A DNA stretch of 64,000 bases from an uncultured Verrucomicrobiae bacterium (GCA_963832325.1 CAWHTR010000002.1:7113-71112), one strand, 5' to 3'; numbered from the stretch's first letter, positions 30,978 through 41,000 are shown. Made by a program: numbers and translations. The notes: generated by a model from the sequence alone, not told the origin.

Positions 30978-31856
30978 CTACGCCTCGAGCCGGAAACCCT
31001 CCGGCGTGCCCGGTGCCCCGTCCACCCGCTCCCGGGCGACCTCGACGAACGTCTCCTCCAGCTCAAACCCAATGAATCGCCGCACCCCGCACCGCTTCGC
31101 CGCCACCCACGAACTCCCGATCCCCAGAAACGGATCCATCACCGTCAACCCCGCGCAGTTCCCCTGCAGCCGAATGCAGCGCTCCGGCAACGCCACCGGG
31201 AACGTAGCCGGGTGCGGGCGATCCTTCGAGCGGCTGGTGATCGTCTCGTAGGGGATCAACCAATTGTTCCCCCGACACCGCCGATCCTCCCCACCCGTGT
31301 GCCCCCAGCGGGCGATGTTCGACTTGTGCTCGTACGGTACGCCGACCGCCCGCCGGTCGACCGGCACCTCGCCGGACCGGGTCAAATGGTAAACCGGTTC
31401 GTGGCAATCGGTCACGAATCGCGGCGAATTGATCGGCTTGAAGTGTCCCACCGTTCGCTCGGCACCCTCCAGAGGAACCGCGATGGACTTGATCCAATGA
31501 AACGTATTCTGCAGCCTCCAACCCCCACCGTCCACGAGCCGCAACAGGAGCCGAAACGGGAGCATCGGTAGCTTCGGCGACGATCCCAGATTCAAAAAGA
31601 ACGACCCATTCGGCGCGAGCACCCGCGCAACCTCCGACGTCCATTGCCCGCACCACTCCAGATATTCCTCCTCGGCCCGAGTGTCCGAATATTTGCCGTA
31701 GCGAATCCCAAGATTGTAGGGCGGCGAGGTCACCACCACGTCCACCGACTCCGCAGCCACCGCGGACTGCATGCCGGCCACGCAATCACCGATAGAAACG
31801 AGGGATGTCATGAATGAACGATCGGTCATTGAGGCCGTCCCAGGTCGGAAAGTCAA
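30978..31856 (-). CDS. DNA methyltransferase, beta-class N4-C/N6-A (SPPY)
   Basis: Motif IV DVVVTSPPYN comes before motif I VMDPFLGIGSS. The real start may be the downstream Met (MTDRSF, 31829). No adjacent endonuclease. Confidence 0.85.
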   Translation of the reverse strand: MTFRPGTASMTDRSFMTSLVSIGDCVAGMQSAVAAESVDVVVTSPPYNLGIRYGKYSDTRAEEEYLEWCGQWTSEVARVLAPNGSFFLNLGSSPKLPMLPFRLLLRLVDGGGWRLQNTFHWIKSIAVPLEGAERTVGHFKPINSPRFVTDCHEPVYHLTRSGEVPVDRRAVGVPYEHKSNIARWGHTGGEDRRCRGNNWLIPYETITSRSKDRPHPATFPVALPERCIRLQGNCAGLTVMDPFLGIGSSWVAAKRCGVRRFIGFELEETFVEVARERVDGAPGTPEGFRLEA

Positions 31857-31962
31857 AGCGTGAGTTCAGAATCGCTGGTGCAATGAAGCCGGGAGACCCA
31901 ACCTTCCCACCACCGCCACCCACCGAACTTACTAAACCACCCCAATGCTCTCGCCGAAAAAC

Positions 31963-33563
31963 CTAGCAGCCTGTCGGGGTTAGCGAGTGAGAGAGGATGG
32001 GGGAATTTTGGGTTTTGGGAAGATGCGGGAGTTTTTTGGAGCGAGAATTGGTCTTGATTGAGAATGAGCGGAGCACTGGCATCGATGGAGGGGAGTCGAG
32101 GTCGGGTGGCCGTTGGGCAGGGCTGCTTTTAGGCTATTCTCAGGGGAGTTCCGACGTGGAAGAGTCGTTTGAGGTTGTAGGCCAGGCCAACGAGGTTCCA
32201 TTCGAGGGAGACTTTGGCTTCTCCTCGCAAGGAGAAGCGCCGGAAGCCGAGGGTTTGCTTGATGATGCCAAAAACGGGTTCCACGGTTTGTTGTCGTAAT
32301 TTGTAACGCTTTGCTCCGGCTTTGGTAGCCACGCGGTGGGCCAGGTGTTCGGTGAAGGGGGCGTCGGCGGCTGGCGGGGGCGGGTCGGCCTTTTTCTCGA
32401 GTTGGCTGACGCTGCGGCCATGCTTTTGGCGTTTGAGCGCCGCCAGAACCCGCAGGCCGGTGGGCGTGCCCCCAGCATTGGTTTCGACTGCGGTGACGGC
32501 TGCTTCACTGACGAATCCGCTGTCGATGAGTGCCTCGGCCACGGGCCCGGCTTCCGGCGCGATGGCGGCCAGGTCGGGCAGGAGTTGTTCCTTGTCGTTG
32601 GGGGCGGTGGAGACTCGCGCTCCGACCATGAGCCGACTCTCGACCTCCACGGCGGCCTGCGCGTTGTAGCTTTGCTGGAAGCCGTCTCCGTGGGTCTTCA
32701 TGATGCGGCTCGCCGGGTCGGTAAAGTTATACTGGTCCTTGGCCGTAGGCTTTTCACTTGGAGGCTGGGGCTCCTTGCCGCGAGGCTTTTTCCCAGCTTC
32801 TCGCGCCGCTGCTCGTGCGGCGACCTTCGCTTCGTATTCAGGCTGCTGGACTTGCGCTCGCGCGTAGGCTCGCACTTCCATCTCGGCTCGTGCCTGGGCC
32901 AGCTTCGCCTTGCGTTGCTGCCGACGAGTGATCTCCTCCGGGATGCTCAATCCATCCTCGAGCGGCGTCGAATCCGCCTTCTCGGCCTTGGCCAAGAGCT
33001 CAGCGATCTCCAAATCGCACTCCTGCATCTTCGTCTCGACCCGTCCGTAACTCACCGCCGCATGTTTGCTGGCGTTGGCCAGCACCTTCGTCCCATCGAT
33101 GGCTACCGTGATCGCTCCGACTTTGAGAACCCCGCAACCTGCCGCCAACTCCAGCACCTGCCCGAAGCTCGAACTCAACAACTCCGCGTTGGCCCGCCGA
33201 AACGTGCACCACGTGTCGTGATCGGGGTGCGTGTCCGCGCACAACAGTCTCATCGCCACGTTCTCGTAGGTGCTGCGCTCAATGCCCCGACTCGAAAACA
33301 CTCCCGTCGCGTAGCTGTAAATCAACCCTCCCAGCATCATCGACGGCGGATACTGCTTGTCCCCGGTCCCCCGTTCGTTGACCCGCGCCTTGCTCACATC
33401 CAATTGCGCAACCGCGTCCATGATGAAATGAACCAAATGCCCTTCTGGAACCCACTCCCGAACATCCGGCGGCAGTAACAATGGCGTGTCGTGATCCACG
33501 TTCACATATCTCGCTCCCATCCCTCTTTCTTTATCAGTGTCGGCAAGTCCGACAGGCTGCTAG
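31963..33563 (-). mobile_element. IS1182-like (IS5 superfamily) insertion sequence
   Basis: 15-bp perfect terminal inverted repeats CTAGCAGCCTGTCGG (31963-77) and CCGACAGGCTGCTAG (33549-63) enclose a single transposase gene. The outer CTAG could be the IR tip or a palindromic 4-bp target duplication. Confidence 0.8.
32129..33520 (-). CDS. IS1182-family transposase
   Basis: LLLPPDVREWVPEGHLVHFIMDAV...YPPSMMLGGLIYSYATGVFSSRGIE N-terminal domain and a DDE C-terminal domain. Confidence 0.85.
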   Translation of the reverse strand: MGARYVNVDHDTPLLLPPDVREWVPEGHLVHFIMDAVAQLDVSKARVNERGTGDKQYPPSMMLGGLIYSYATGVFSSRGIERSTYENVAMRLLCADTHPDHDTWCTFRRANAELLSSSFGQVLELAAGCGVLKVGAITVAIDGTKVLANASKHAAVSYGRVETKMQECDLEIAELLAKAEKADSTPLEDGLSIPEEITRRQQRKAKLAQARAEMEVRAYARAQVQQPEYEAKVAARAAAREAGKKPRGKEPQPPSEKPTAKDQYNFTDPASRIMKTHGDGFQQSYNAQAAVEVESRLMVGARVSTAPNDKEQLLPDLAAIAPEAGPVAEALIDSGFVSEAAVTAVETNAGGTPTGLRVLAALKRQKHGRSVSQLEKKADPPPPAADAPFTEHLAHRVATKAGAKRYKLRQQTVEPVFGIIKQTLGFRRFSLRGEAKVSLEWNLVGLAYNLKRLFHVGTPLRIA

Positions 33564-33567
33564 AAAC

Positions 33568-35649
33568 TTAGGGACCCCTCGGAGTCCCCCCGACGACGTC
33601 CACCTGAACGCGGTAGGTCGCCGGACTCCGCACGGGATAGAATCGCAACTGAACCTCGCGAATCGCCTCGGGCCGGAAGATCGGTCGGTCGGTCAGACGA
33701 CCGAACGCGTAAGGGTGAAAATCCGCGTAAGCCAGCAGCACCATTTCGGGATTCGAACGAACGGGATTGCGGCCCAGACCCTCCGCGACGCTGAATCGCT
33801 GCCCGTCCTCGTCGACCAAATCCAGCCGGATCCCCCCCGGCGGCGAATCTTCCCCGAGATACCGCAGCCTCAAGAAGCCATTCTCCAAAAGCGGCAATCC
33901 GTCCACCCGGGTGACCGCCATCGGCGGCAGCCGTGGATCGCTCGACTCCCCGTCGACAACGAATTCCGACGTTCGGCTCAGCGATCCCTCTCGCGACTCC
34001 TCACCCCCCACCGGCCGCGAATCCTCCGCCGCCCCCACCCGATTCATCACCAGCCACGGGCCGACCCCGAGCACGTCTTCCGGCGGCTCGGGTGCCCAGA
34101 TCCATTCAAATCGATCCGGGTCCGGACGGCTCCCCACCAAGCTCGTCGCGTTCCCCACTGTTGTTCGATTCGGCACCGTCTCGAACCCGACGGTCGCCAC
34201 GGATTCCCGCAAACCCGCCCCCGGCACCGCCGGAGTGAAGCGGGCCGTGACCCGCTCCCGCACGTAGCCCCCCGACGAAACCCCGATCTCGACCGGAATC
34301 TCCACCCGCGAAAACGCCCCGACCCGCAGCATCTGACCCCACCCGCCCGTTACCCGCAAGCCACCACCCTCGCCCTCGCCATTCGTCCCTCGTCCCTCGC
34401 CCGCCCTGACCTCCAACCTCCCGACGACCGGTCTCGCGGAGAAATTATACACCCACCAGCTGCCCCGGATCGGCTCGGGATCAGCGGCGATTCCGCGAAA
34501 CCAATACGTCCCACTCACCTTGTGCGGAATGCACGTCGAATTATCCGGCAGCCACTGCACGACGATCCGATTCGGCTCCGCCGGCCGGGCCACCGCCGTT
34601 TTCCTCCGCAACGGATTCTCGCGGGTGAAATCCGCGTAGGCCGTCCAGGCCGGATACGGCTCGCCCGAGTCCCGGATCAGCGACCAAAACGGATTGGTTC
34701 GCCACGCCATCACGAATGGCATGAAGACCGCCACATCCTCCTCCAGCGCCGTCCGGGCCGTTTCCACCGTGAAGGCCCGCTGGATCTCGCGTCCCCGTGC
34801 CTCTTCGAAGTCGTCGAAGGGCACCGCGTTGATCCCGCACTCCGTGACCCAGACCGGCAGTGTTCGATCCGGAGTCCAGGATTCGGCAAACTCCCGGTGC
34901 GCCCGGATCGCGCCCCCCAGATCGCGGGCATGACCGTAAAAATGGACGTTGAGAGCATCCGTGTAGTCGAAGAGTCCGTTCGCCGCCGCCCGATCCAACC
35001 ACGGACCCGGAAAATTCCCGAGCGCCCCCATCAGGACGGCTGGCTGTCGATCCCGGCGTCCAGCCGTCCCGTCCCGCAAACCGAGATAAATCGCCTTCGA
35101 ATACGCCGCGAATCGATCCGGCAGGTCCTTGACGTAATGCACGTCCGGTTCGTTGGGCAGTTCCCAAGCCGCGACCAGCCCACCCGTTTGCCGCCCCAAT
35201 TCCCGCGCCGCGTCGTAAACGGTCAGCAGATCCTCCCGCAGCTGATTCCCGGGGATCTCAGCCACCGGACGCCCCGGCAACGTCGCGAACGCCACCGCCT
35301 CGAATCCCCGCTCCCGCAGGTCCGCGTAAACCCCGAACTCCCCGGAACGCCAAATCTCCGGGTCCCGCGAGTCCCCGTGGTTGCGTTCGCGCAGATAGCG
35401 GACCGGCGTCTCCTCGAGAAGTTGCAAAAAAGTCGGCCGCTGCTCGGGCCGCAGGTGCCGGGCAACGATAGCGTCCAGCCCCCAGCCGGAGCTGAGTGTT
35501 CGGAGATCAGACGTCGAGTGCCGAGAGTCGAGGGTCGCGTGATCGACAAGAAATACCGAGACGCCAAATCCCACCGTGAGCGCGAGACCCACCAGCACGG
35601 TCAAGCCCGCAGCCAGCCTTCCGATCAACTGTTCGCCGTTAGCTTTCAA
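33568..35649 (-). CDS. Membrane-anchored glycoside hydrolase-like protein (clan GH-A TIM barrel)
   Basis: TTG start. N-terminal TM helix. WELPNEPD (acid/base NEP) and LPVWVTECG (nucleophile Glu) motifs. Large C-terminal beta-rich region. Confidence 0.7.
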   Translation of the reverse strand: MKANGEQLIGRLAAGLTVLVGLALTVGFGVSVFLVDHATLDSRHSTSDLRTLSSGWGLDAIVARHLRPEQRPTFLQLLEETPVRYLRERNHGDSRDPEIWRSGEFGVYADLRERGFEAVAFATLPGRPVAEIPGNQLREDLLTVYDAARELGRQTGGLVAAWELPNEPDVHYVKDLPDRFAAYSKAIYLGLRDGTAGRRDRQPAVLMGALGNFPGPWLDRAAANGLFDYTDALNVHFYGHARDLGGAIRAHREFAESWTPDRTLPVWVTECGINAVPFDDFEEARGREIQRAFTVETARTALEEDVAVFMPFVMAWRTNPFWSLIRDSGEPYPAWTAYADFTRENPLRRKTAVARPAEPNRIVVQWLPDNSTCIPHKVSGTYWFRGIAADPEPIRGSWWVYNFSARPVVGRLEVRAGEGRGTNGEGEGGGLRVTGGWGQMLRVGAFSRVEIPVEIGVSSGGYVRERVTARFTPAVPGAGLRESVATVGFETVPNRTTVGNATSLVGSRPDPDRFEWIWAPEPPEDVLGVGPWLVMNRVGAAEDSRPVGGEESREGSLSRTSEFVVDGESSDPRLPPMAVTRVDGLPLLENGFLRLRYLGEDSPPGGIRLDLVDEDGQRFSVAEGLGRNPVRSNPEMVLLAYADFHPYAFGRLTDRPIFRPEAIREVQLRFYPVRSPATYRVQVDVVGGTPRGP

Positions 35650-35661
35650 GGAATCAATTAG

Positions 35662-37689
35662 CCCGAGTTCCGCAGTTGGGTAAGGTTAAGAAAAAAGTTT
35701 ACAGAGTGACGAGCTGAGGGGCGGCGGCGATTTACAGAGTAGGGTCGAGGCGAAGGCCGATGTAGTGGAGAAGAGGCCATTGCGGGGCGGTCAGGGTGCG
35801 GAGAAGCTATGGCATGTTTCTGCGCAAGAACCGTAAGCGATCCGGCGGGGAGTATTACGAGTATTGGACGTTGTGCGAGACGGTTCGAACGGAGCGGGGA
35901 CCGCGCCAGCGGGTGGTCGCCAGCTTGGGGAAGCTGAGCGAAGAGGATCTGTCGGCGGGCTGGGAAGACATCGAAGCGTTGCTGGAAGGGAGATCGCCGA
36001 GTCCGCGACAGGGTCGGTTGGGAGAGAAGTCTCAAAACCGAAATGGAAAGCGGGGCGAAGCTCGACCGCGATGGGAGTTGGCGGATTTGAGCCAGTTGAG
36101 CGTGGAGCGGGTCCGGGAGTTTGGGCGGGTGTATCTGGCGTTGGCGCTGTGGCGGCGCCTGGGTCTGCACGAGCTATTGGGCGAGCTTATGGAGGGCGGG
36201 CGTGAAAGCATCCCGTGGTCGGAAGTCGCCGCAGTGCTCACGGCGGGGAAGTTCTGCGGAGTGGCCTCGGAGCTGAGTTTGGCCCAGGAGTGGTATGGCC
36301 GCACGGCCATGGAGGATCTTACCGGGATCGACGCGCAACTCATCAACGACGACCGCCTTTACCGGGGCCTGGACGCCCTCGGCGCGCACAAGGATCGGCT
36401 TTGCGAGCACCTGATGGAACGCTACCGGGATTGGTTCGGCGTGCGGTTCGAGTTTTTGCTCTACGACGTGACGAGCACGTATTTTGAAGGCGCGGTCCCG
36501 GGCAACGAGCAAGCCGCCCGCGGTTACAGTCGGGATAATCGCAGCGACTGCAAGCAGGTCTGCATCGGTCTGGTCTGCACGCCCGAAGGTCTGCCGCTGA
36601 ATTTCGAAATCTTCCGCGGCAACCGCACCGACGTGACCACGGTCGAGGAGATCGTGAGCAAAATGGAAGACCGTTTCGGCCAGGCCGATCGCATCTGGGT
36701 CATGGACCGCGGCATGGTCAGCGAGAAGAACATCGACTTCCTGCGAGCCCGCAAAGCGCACTACATCGTCGGCACACCGAAAGCCTCGCTGCGGCACTTT
36801 CAAGTCGAACTCGCCGAGCAGGAGAACTGGGTCGACGTCCAGGACGGGCTCCAGGCCCGCCTGGTCGAGCACCCCGACGGCCAGGGCGACGAGCGTTACG
36901 TCCTCTGCCGCTCTCAGGCCCGATCGGCCAAAGAACGTGCCATGCTCGAGCGCCAGATGGACGCGCTCACCCGCGAACTTTGCAAGATCGATACCGCCTT
37001 GGGCAAACGCGCCGTCGCGCCCAGCGATCAGGAAAAGCTCGGTCGCCGCATCGGCCGCTGGCTCGGACGCTACCCCGCCGCCGCCCGGCTCGTGGATGTC
37101 CTCGTCGAAAAAGACAAGACGGGCCACGCCATCAGCCTGCGCCTGAGTTGCCCGGTCGAGTCAGGCACCCACGCCGATCTGGCCCGCGGAGCCTACCTGC
37201 TACGAACCAATTGCACTGAAACCGACCCAGCCAAGCTCTGGCGCTGGTATATCCAATTGACCCAAGCCGAAGCCGCCTTCCGCACCGTCAAAAGCGACAT
37301 CGGACTGCGACCCATTTACCACCACAAAACCGAGCGAGTTCAAGCCCACCTGCTCGTCTGCTTCCTGAGTCTGGCCCTCTGGCGTTCGCTGGAAATGTGG
37401 ATGCTCGGCAAAGGACTCGGCAGTAGCGCCCGCGTGCTCATCAACGCCGTGGCCACTATCCGCTCCATGGACGTCATCGTCCCCGTGCGCCGCGGCGATC
37501 AGACCCTCCCGCTGCGCGTGCGAACCGTCTCCAAACCCGATCCCGACGTCGCCATGCTCCTGGCCCACCTCGGTCTCCAACTCCCCAAACGTTCCAAAAT
37601 TATCGAAAATGTAGTGGAGAAAATCCCTTGAAAATCCCCACCGATCCCCATCCCTACAGCATTCGCTTCCTCCAACTGCGGAACTCGGG
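35662..37689 (+). mobile_element. IS1634-like (IS4 superfamily) insertion sequence with a 4-bp TTAG target duplication
   Basis: 18-bp perfect IRs CCCGAGTTCCGCAGTTGG (35662-79) and CCAACTGCGGAACTCGGG (37672-89), flanked by TTAG at 35658-61 and 37690-93. Confidence 0.85.
35814..37631 (+). CDS. IS1634-family transposase
   Basis: MFLRKNRKRSGGEYYEYWTLCETVRTERGPRQRVVASLGKL is typical of IS1634 transposases. ATG 35814 is preferred to GTG 35796. Confidence 0.85.
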   Translation: MFLRKNRKRSGGEYYEYWTLCETVRTERGPRQRVVASLGKLSEEDLSAGWEDIEALLEGRSPSPRQGRLGEKSQNRNGKRGEARPRWELADLSQLSVERVREFGRVYLALALWRRLGLHELLGELMEGGRESIPWSEVAAVLTAGKFCGVASELSLAQEWYGRTAMEDLTGIDAQLINDDRLYRGLDALGAHKDRLCEHLMERYRDWFGVRFEFLLYDVTSTYFEGAVPGNEQAARGYSRDNRSDCKQVCIGLVCTPEGLPLNFEIFRGNRTDVTTVEEIVSKMEDRFGQADRIWVMDRGMVSEKNIDFLRARKAHYIVGTPKASLRHFQVELAEQENWVDVQDGLQARLVEHPDGQGDERYVLCRSQARSAKERAMLERQMDALTRELCKIDTALGKRAVAPSDQEKLGRRIGRWLGRYPAAARLVDVLVEKDKTGHAISLRLSCPVESGTHADLARGAYLLRTNCTETDPAKLWRWYIQLTQAEAAFRTVKSDIGLRPIYHHKTERVQAHLLVCFLSLALWRSLEMWMLGKGLGSSARVLINAVATIRSMDVIVPVRRGDQTLPLRVRTVSKPDPDVAMLLAHLGLQLPKRSKIIENVVEKIP

Positions 37690-37996
37690 TTAGCCGCCCT
37701 CACCGGCCCACCTTGCTGCAAGCATCGCCACCGGTCACAGCCAAAAGTCCCGCTATCCCGAAAACCCCACCGACCTTCGACCACAGAACCTCAGGAATGT
37801 CGCCCCTGCGGGCCGCTCCGCAGAGCCAAGAACCTCAAAACTTAAAAACTTGGAAACTTGGAACCCCCGCCTCCACCGACTCGGCGCAAAGAATCCGTAG
37901 TCCGGTATTGAGGCCGACGCCCGACGTAACTATACCAAGGCGCCCGGCCCGCCGCGGGCGCAACCGTTCAATCCGCTTCCATACCTTCGGTTCTCC

Positions 37997-39766
37997 ATGC
38001 ATCAAATCCCTTACGGCGGCTTCATTTTTCGAAGGCAGGGCCCGATGCCGTCTTACCGATCTCCAGCTTTGGTCGTTTCCCGACCGCATCACCACCCATC
38101 CATCAAACCAAGCTATCCGCGGTCGGTTTTCCTGGTTGCGAGCCTGCTGGTTGGCATTGCCAGCGGCCCAGCCGCGGCCCAGAACGAAGCGATTCCGCTG
38201 GAACCCGACTGGTCTCTCACCACCAGGTCGGAGAATGCCCCGATTTCTCTCGAGGACGACCTCCAGAAGCCAGACCCAGCACCACCCGCCCCGCTCCCAT
38301 CGACAAGCCCGACTCCCCAGCAACCTGAACCCGACATCGATCCGACGGACCCGACCGTCGATCCGATCCCGTCCCTCCCGACCGACCCGCTACCGGATCC
38401 CAGGAACGACGAACCCGTGATCGGCCCGGCGCCGGAGGAACTGGATCCCGACTTTTTCACCCGCCCGGCTTCCCCGCCCTCGGCGGACCCCGACCCACTC
38501 GCGGATGAATCCGGTATCAGCCGAGAAAATTCCGACGCCCTGCTCACCGACCCCATTCCCGACGAGGAAAGCACCGCTTCCGTGGCGGCCGCGGAGAGCA
38601 TTCAGCTCTTCCGCATGGAGGGGGCCAAGTTCCAGATCTTCGGAGCCGACATCCGGTTCGGCCTCAATACCCGCTTCACCTACAACGATAATATCCTCAC
38701 CTCCGAGACCAATCCCACGTCCGACTACGTCGCCCTCATCACCCCCACCATCGTCATCGGCATCGGGGACGTCGAGCTGGAGGAGGAAAACTTCTTCCTC
38801 CTCGAATACGCCCCCACCTTCCAGCGCTACGCAACCAACACGGAGCTCGACACCGTGGACCAGTTCTTCAACGTCCGGACCCGCTACAACCTCAGTCGCT
38901 TTTCCTTCCTCCCCGGCTTCCGCTACATCCAGCAGACCGACACCGACGACGAAATCGGCCGCCGCAACGAACGCACCACCGTGAGCGCGAACTTAACCAC
39001 CATCTACGCACTCTCGGGAAAGACAGGACTCCAGACCGATCTCTCTGCCGCCGCCTACGACAGCGAACTCGGCATCAGCAACAACGTTTATACCTTCGGA
39101 TCTTACCTGCTTTATCAAATCACCGACCGCACCGAAATCACTTTGGGGGGTTCGGTCGGCTACGTCGACATTGAGACCGGGGATTACCAGACCTTCCAGA
39201 CCCTCACCGGCCAACTCAGCTACGAAGGTACGTCGAAGCTCACTTACGGCCTCACGCTCGGAGCCGAGAACCGTCAATCCACAACCACCGTGTTCTCCCA
39301 GTCCATCGTCGAGACCGGCGACCCATCCTTCCCCTTCGCGTTTGAATTGGAGGAAAGCCAGGAAACCACCAACGAACTCACTCCCATTTTCGCGCTTTCC
39401 GCCCGGTATCTCCCCTTCGATTCCACCTCGCTGAACTTCTCGGCCTCCCGCCGCGTCAGCGCCTCCTCGTTCTCCGCCGGCCAGGTCGTCAACTCGACCA
39501 GCTTCCAACTCCAGGCCTCCCAACGCTTCATCCAGCGCGTCTTCGTCGAAGTCCTCGCCCGCTATCAATTCGACGAATACGAATTCGAATCCCGGGACGA
39601 CCGCCAGGACAACATCATCGTTTTCCAGCCCCGTCTCCGCTACGCCTTCCACGACGACGACTACTCCGTCTCGCTCTTTTACACCTACCGCCAGAATCAA
39701 TCCACGCAGACCTCCGTCTCCTACACCAATTCCATCATCGGCCTGGAGTTCGACTTCGACTTCTGA
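37997..39766 (+). CDS. Putative outer-membrane beta-barrel protein of the polysaccharide locus
   Basis: Signal-like VFLVASLLVGIASGPAAAQ (real start probably ATG 38045 or later), a Pro/Asp-rich linker, alternating beta-strand pattern, and a C-terminal ...IIGLEFDFDF ending in Phe. Confidence 0.6.
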   Translation: MHQIPYGGFIFRRQGPMPSYRSPALVVSRPHHHPSIKPSYPRSVFLVASLLVGIASGPAAAQNEAIPLEPDWSLTTRSENAPISLEDDLQKPDPAPPAPLPSTSPTPQQPEPDIDPTDPTVDPIPSLPTDPLPDPRNDEPVIGPAPEELDPDFFTRPASPPSADPDPLADESGISRENSDALLTDPIPDEESTASVAAAESIQLFRMEGAKFQIFGADIRFGLNTRFTYNDNILTSETNPTSDYVALITPTIVIGIGDVELEEENFFLLEYAPTFQRYATNTELDTVDQFFNVRTRYNLSRFSFLPGFRYIQQTDTDDEIGRRNERTTVSANLTTIYALSGKTGLQTDLSAAAYDSELGISNNVYTFGSYLLYQITDRTEITLGGSVGYVDIETGDYQTFQTLTGQLSYEGTSKLTYGLTLGAENRQSTTTVFSQSIVETGDPSFPFAFELEESQETTNELTPIFALSARYLPFDSTSLNFSASRRVSASSFSAGQVVNSTSFQLQASQRFIQRVFVEVLARYQFDEYEFESRDDRQDNIIVFQPRLRYAFHDDDYSVSLFYTYRQNQSTQTSVSYTNSIIGLEFDFDF

Positions 39767-39802
39767 CGAAGAACCCCGGCCCGTCACGTCGCCTCCGGGC
39801 AC

Positions 39803-39838
39803 AAAAAAAGGACCGTCAGCAAGATTTGCCAACGGCCC
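39803..39838 (-). terminator. Intrinsic terminator (minus strand) at the distal end of the cassette array
   Basis: On the minus strand an imperfect hairpin (GGGCCGTTGGCAAA/CTTGCTGACGGTCC) is followed by TTTTTTT. It shares the 13-mer GCACAAAAAAAGG with the terminator at 45705. Confidence 0.4.
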
Positions 39839-40049
39839 GTCACGGACTTCTGGTTCGGTGTGGTTCGGATCATCCGCGACCCCGGGAGAAAATCTCCGTG
39901 TTATCCGTGCAATCCGCGGTTCGCGTTTCAAAAGCGGTCGCAGTTTTGAACCGCGTGGAGGAAATCGTGTACGGCCCGATGAAAAATCAAACTTGGAAAA
40001 TCAAAAGACCACCAGCCACCGCAGCGGAACTGTCCGACCTCTGACCTCG

Positions 40050-40448
40050 CTACCCTTCCCAGTTCTCGACGCGGAGACCGGGAACCCGGGCAAATTCCTT
40101 GGTGTTCCGACTGACCAGCGTCACGTCAAGGGACAGCGCGTGTCCAGCAAGCTGAATATCATAAGGGCCGATCAGTCTGCCGACCCGCTCGAGCGTGCAT
40201 CGCACAAACGCCGACCGCCGCGCTGCGTCCCAATCGAATGACAGCAGGTGGAGCGGGGCGAGGAACTCCTCGATCTTTTTCGATTCTCCCAAAGGATCGC
40301 TGCAGCGGTAAACACCGGCATACAGCTCGTAGAGCGCGATCATCGAGACTCCGCAGTCGTCGGGGCGATTTCCCGCCAACTTGCGCCGCGCTAAATCATG
40401 ACCCCGCAGGCAAGCGATGCAAAAATTCGTATCCAGCAGATAAATCAT
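40050..40448 (-). CDS. vapC: PIN-domain toxin VapC (cassette 1)
   Basis: MIYLLDTNFCIACLRG... with acidic PIN residues. 4-nt overlap with the upstream antitoxin. Confidence 0.9.
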   Translation of the reverse strand: MIYLLDTNFCIACLRGHDLARRKLAGNRPDDCGVSMIALYELYAGVYRCSDPLGESKKIEEFLAPLHLLSFDWDAARRSAFVRCTLERVGRLIGPYDIQLAGHALSLDVTLVSRNTKEFARVPGLRVENWEG

Positions 40449-40678
40449 TCGTCCAATCGAGGAATCGGGGGAACCGCCCCCTGATCCGGTCTCTCAAACG
40501 CCGGGTCATCAATCCGAATCGCATCGAAGTATCCGGGAGGCCAGGAGTCGTCCTTGACCGGTTCAATCAGCACACCATCGCCCAGACGCCGCAAACTCAC
40601 CGTCCGGCCTTCAAATCTCAGCTCTTTCGGAATCCGAACGGCTTGTGACCGACCATTCAAGAAAAGGGTTGTCGTCAT
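40445..40678 (-). CDS. vapB: VapB antitoxin (AbrB/SpoVT-type, cassette 1)
   Basis: MTTTLFLNGRSQAVRIPKELRF is the classic VagC/VapB N-terminus. Confidence 0.85.
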   Translation of the reverse strand: MTTTLFLNGRSQAVRIPKELRFEGRTVSLRRLGDGVLIEPVKDDSWPPGYFDAIRIDDPAFERPDQGAVPPIPRLDE

Positions 40679-40684
40679 AGATCG

Positions 40685-40713
40685 TCTATACCTATGGCAC
40701 CACGAAAGATCAA
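40685..40713 (-). promoter_or_regulatory. Sigma70-like promoter, leaderless geometry (cassette 1)
   Basis: Minus strand reads TTGATC-N17-TATAGA-N6-ATG. Confidence 0.4.
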
Positions 40714-40744
40714 ACCGGGAAAATCAGAGATGCCCCTCCCTCCG

Positions 40745-41000
40745 CGCGTTGCCTTGCAGGCTGTCTCGCAAGCTCGGCTCGCGCGAGTCCCTGTATTGGT
40801 GCTTTTATCCAGCAGAGGCGCTGAGACGCGGAGGGCTGAAATTCAGTTATTGGTTATTGGGAGCAGCTGATCTGTCGATTTAGCGCTCCTGGCGTGAAAC
40901 CCATCACCATCTTCATTCTCTGCGCCTCTGCGCCTCTGCGCGAGCCCCGCATCGGTATTCCTCATCCCCACAACCCGCTACCCGTTACCCGCTCCCGCCA
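40745..41000. repeat. Mosaic hairpin-repeat block B
   Basis: Module CGCGTTGCCTTGCAGGCTGTCTCGCAAGCTCGG, loop GAGTCCCTGTATTGGTGC, reverse core 40812-40835, variable segment type a, forward core CTCTGCGCCTCTGCGCCTCTGCGCGAG 40918-40944, then a GGGTAGCGGGT-type tail. Confidence 0.85.

Noticed and set aside
33481-35661. 726-aa plus-strand ORF, and similar long ORFs such as 3151..4626, 5941..7644, 8202..9299, 12255..13835, 20145..21197, 23360..24376, 24811..25884, 26368..27465 and 32336..33478
   Set aside because: They are R/P/G/H-rich low-complexity translations lying antisense to, or out of frame with, genes that have clear family motifs. These are typical high-GC shadow ORFs.
31963-37689. Composite transposon carrying the glycosidase gene
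   Set aside because: The two flanking IS belong to different families with unrelated inverted repeats. One of them has its own 4-bp target duplication, which indicates independent insertions.
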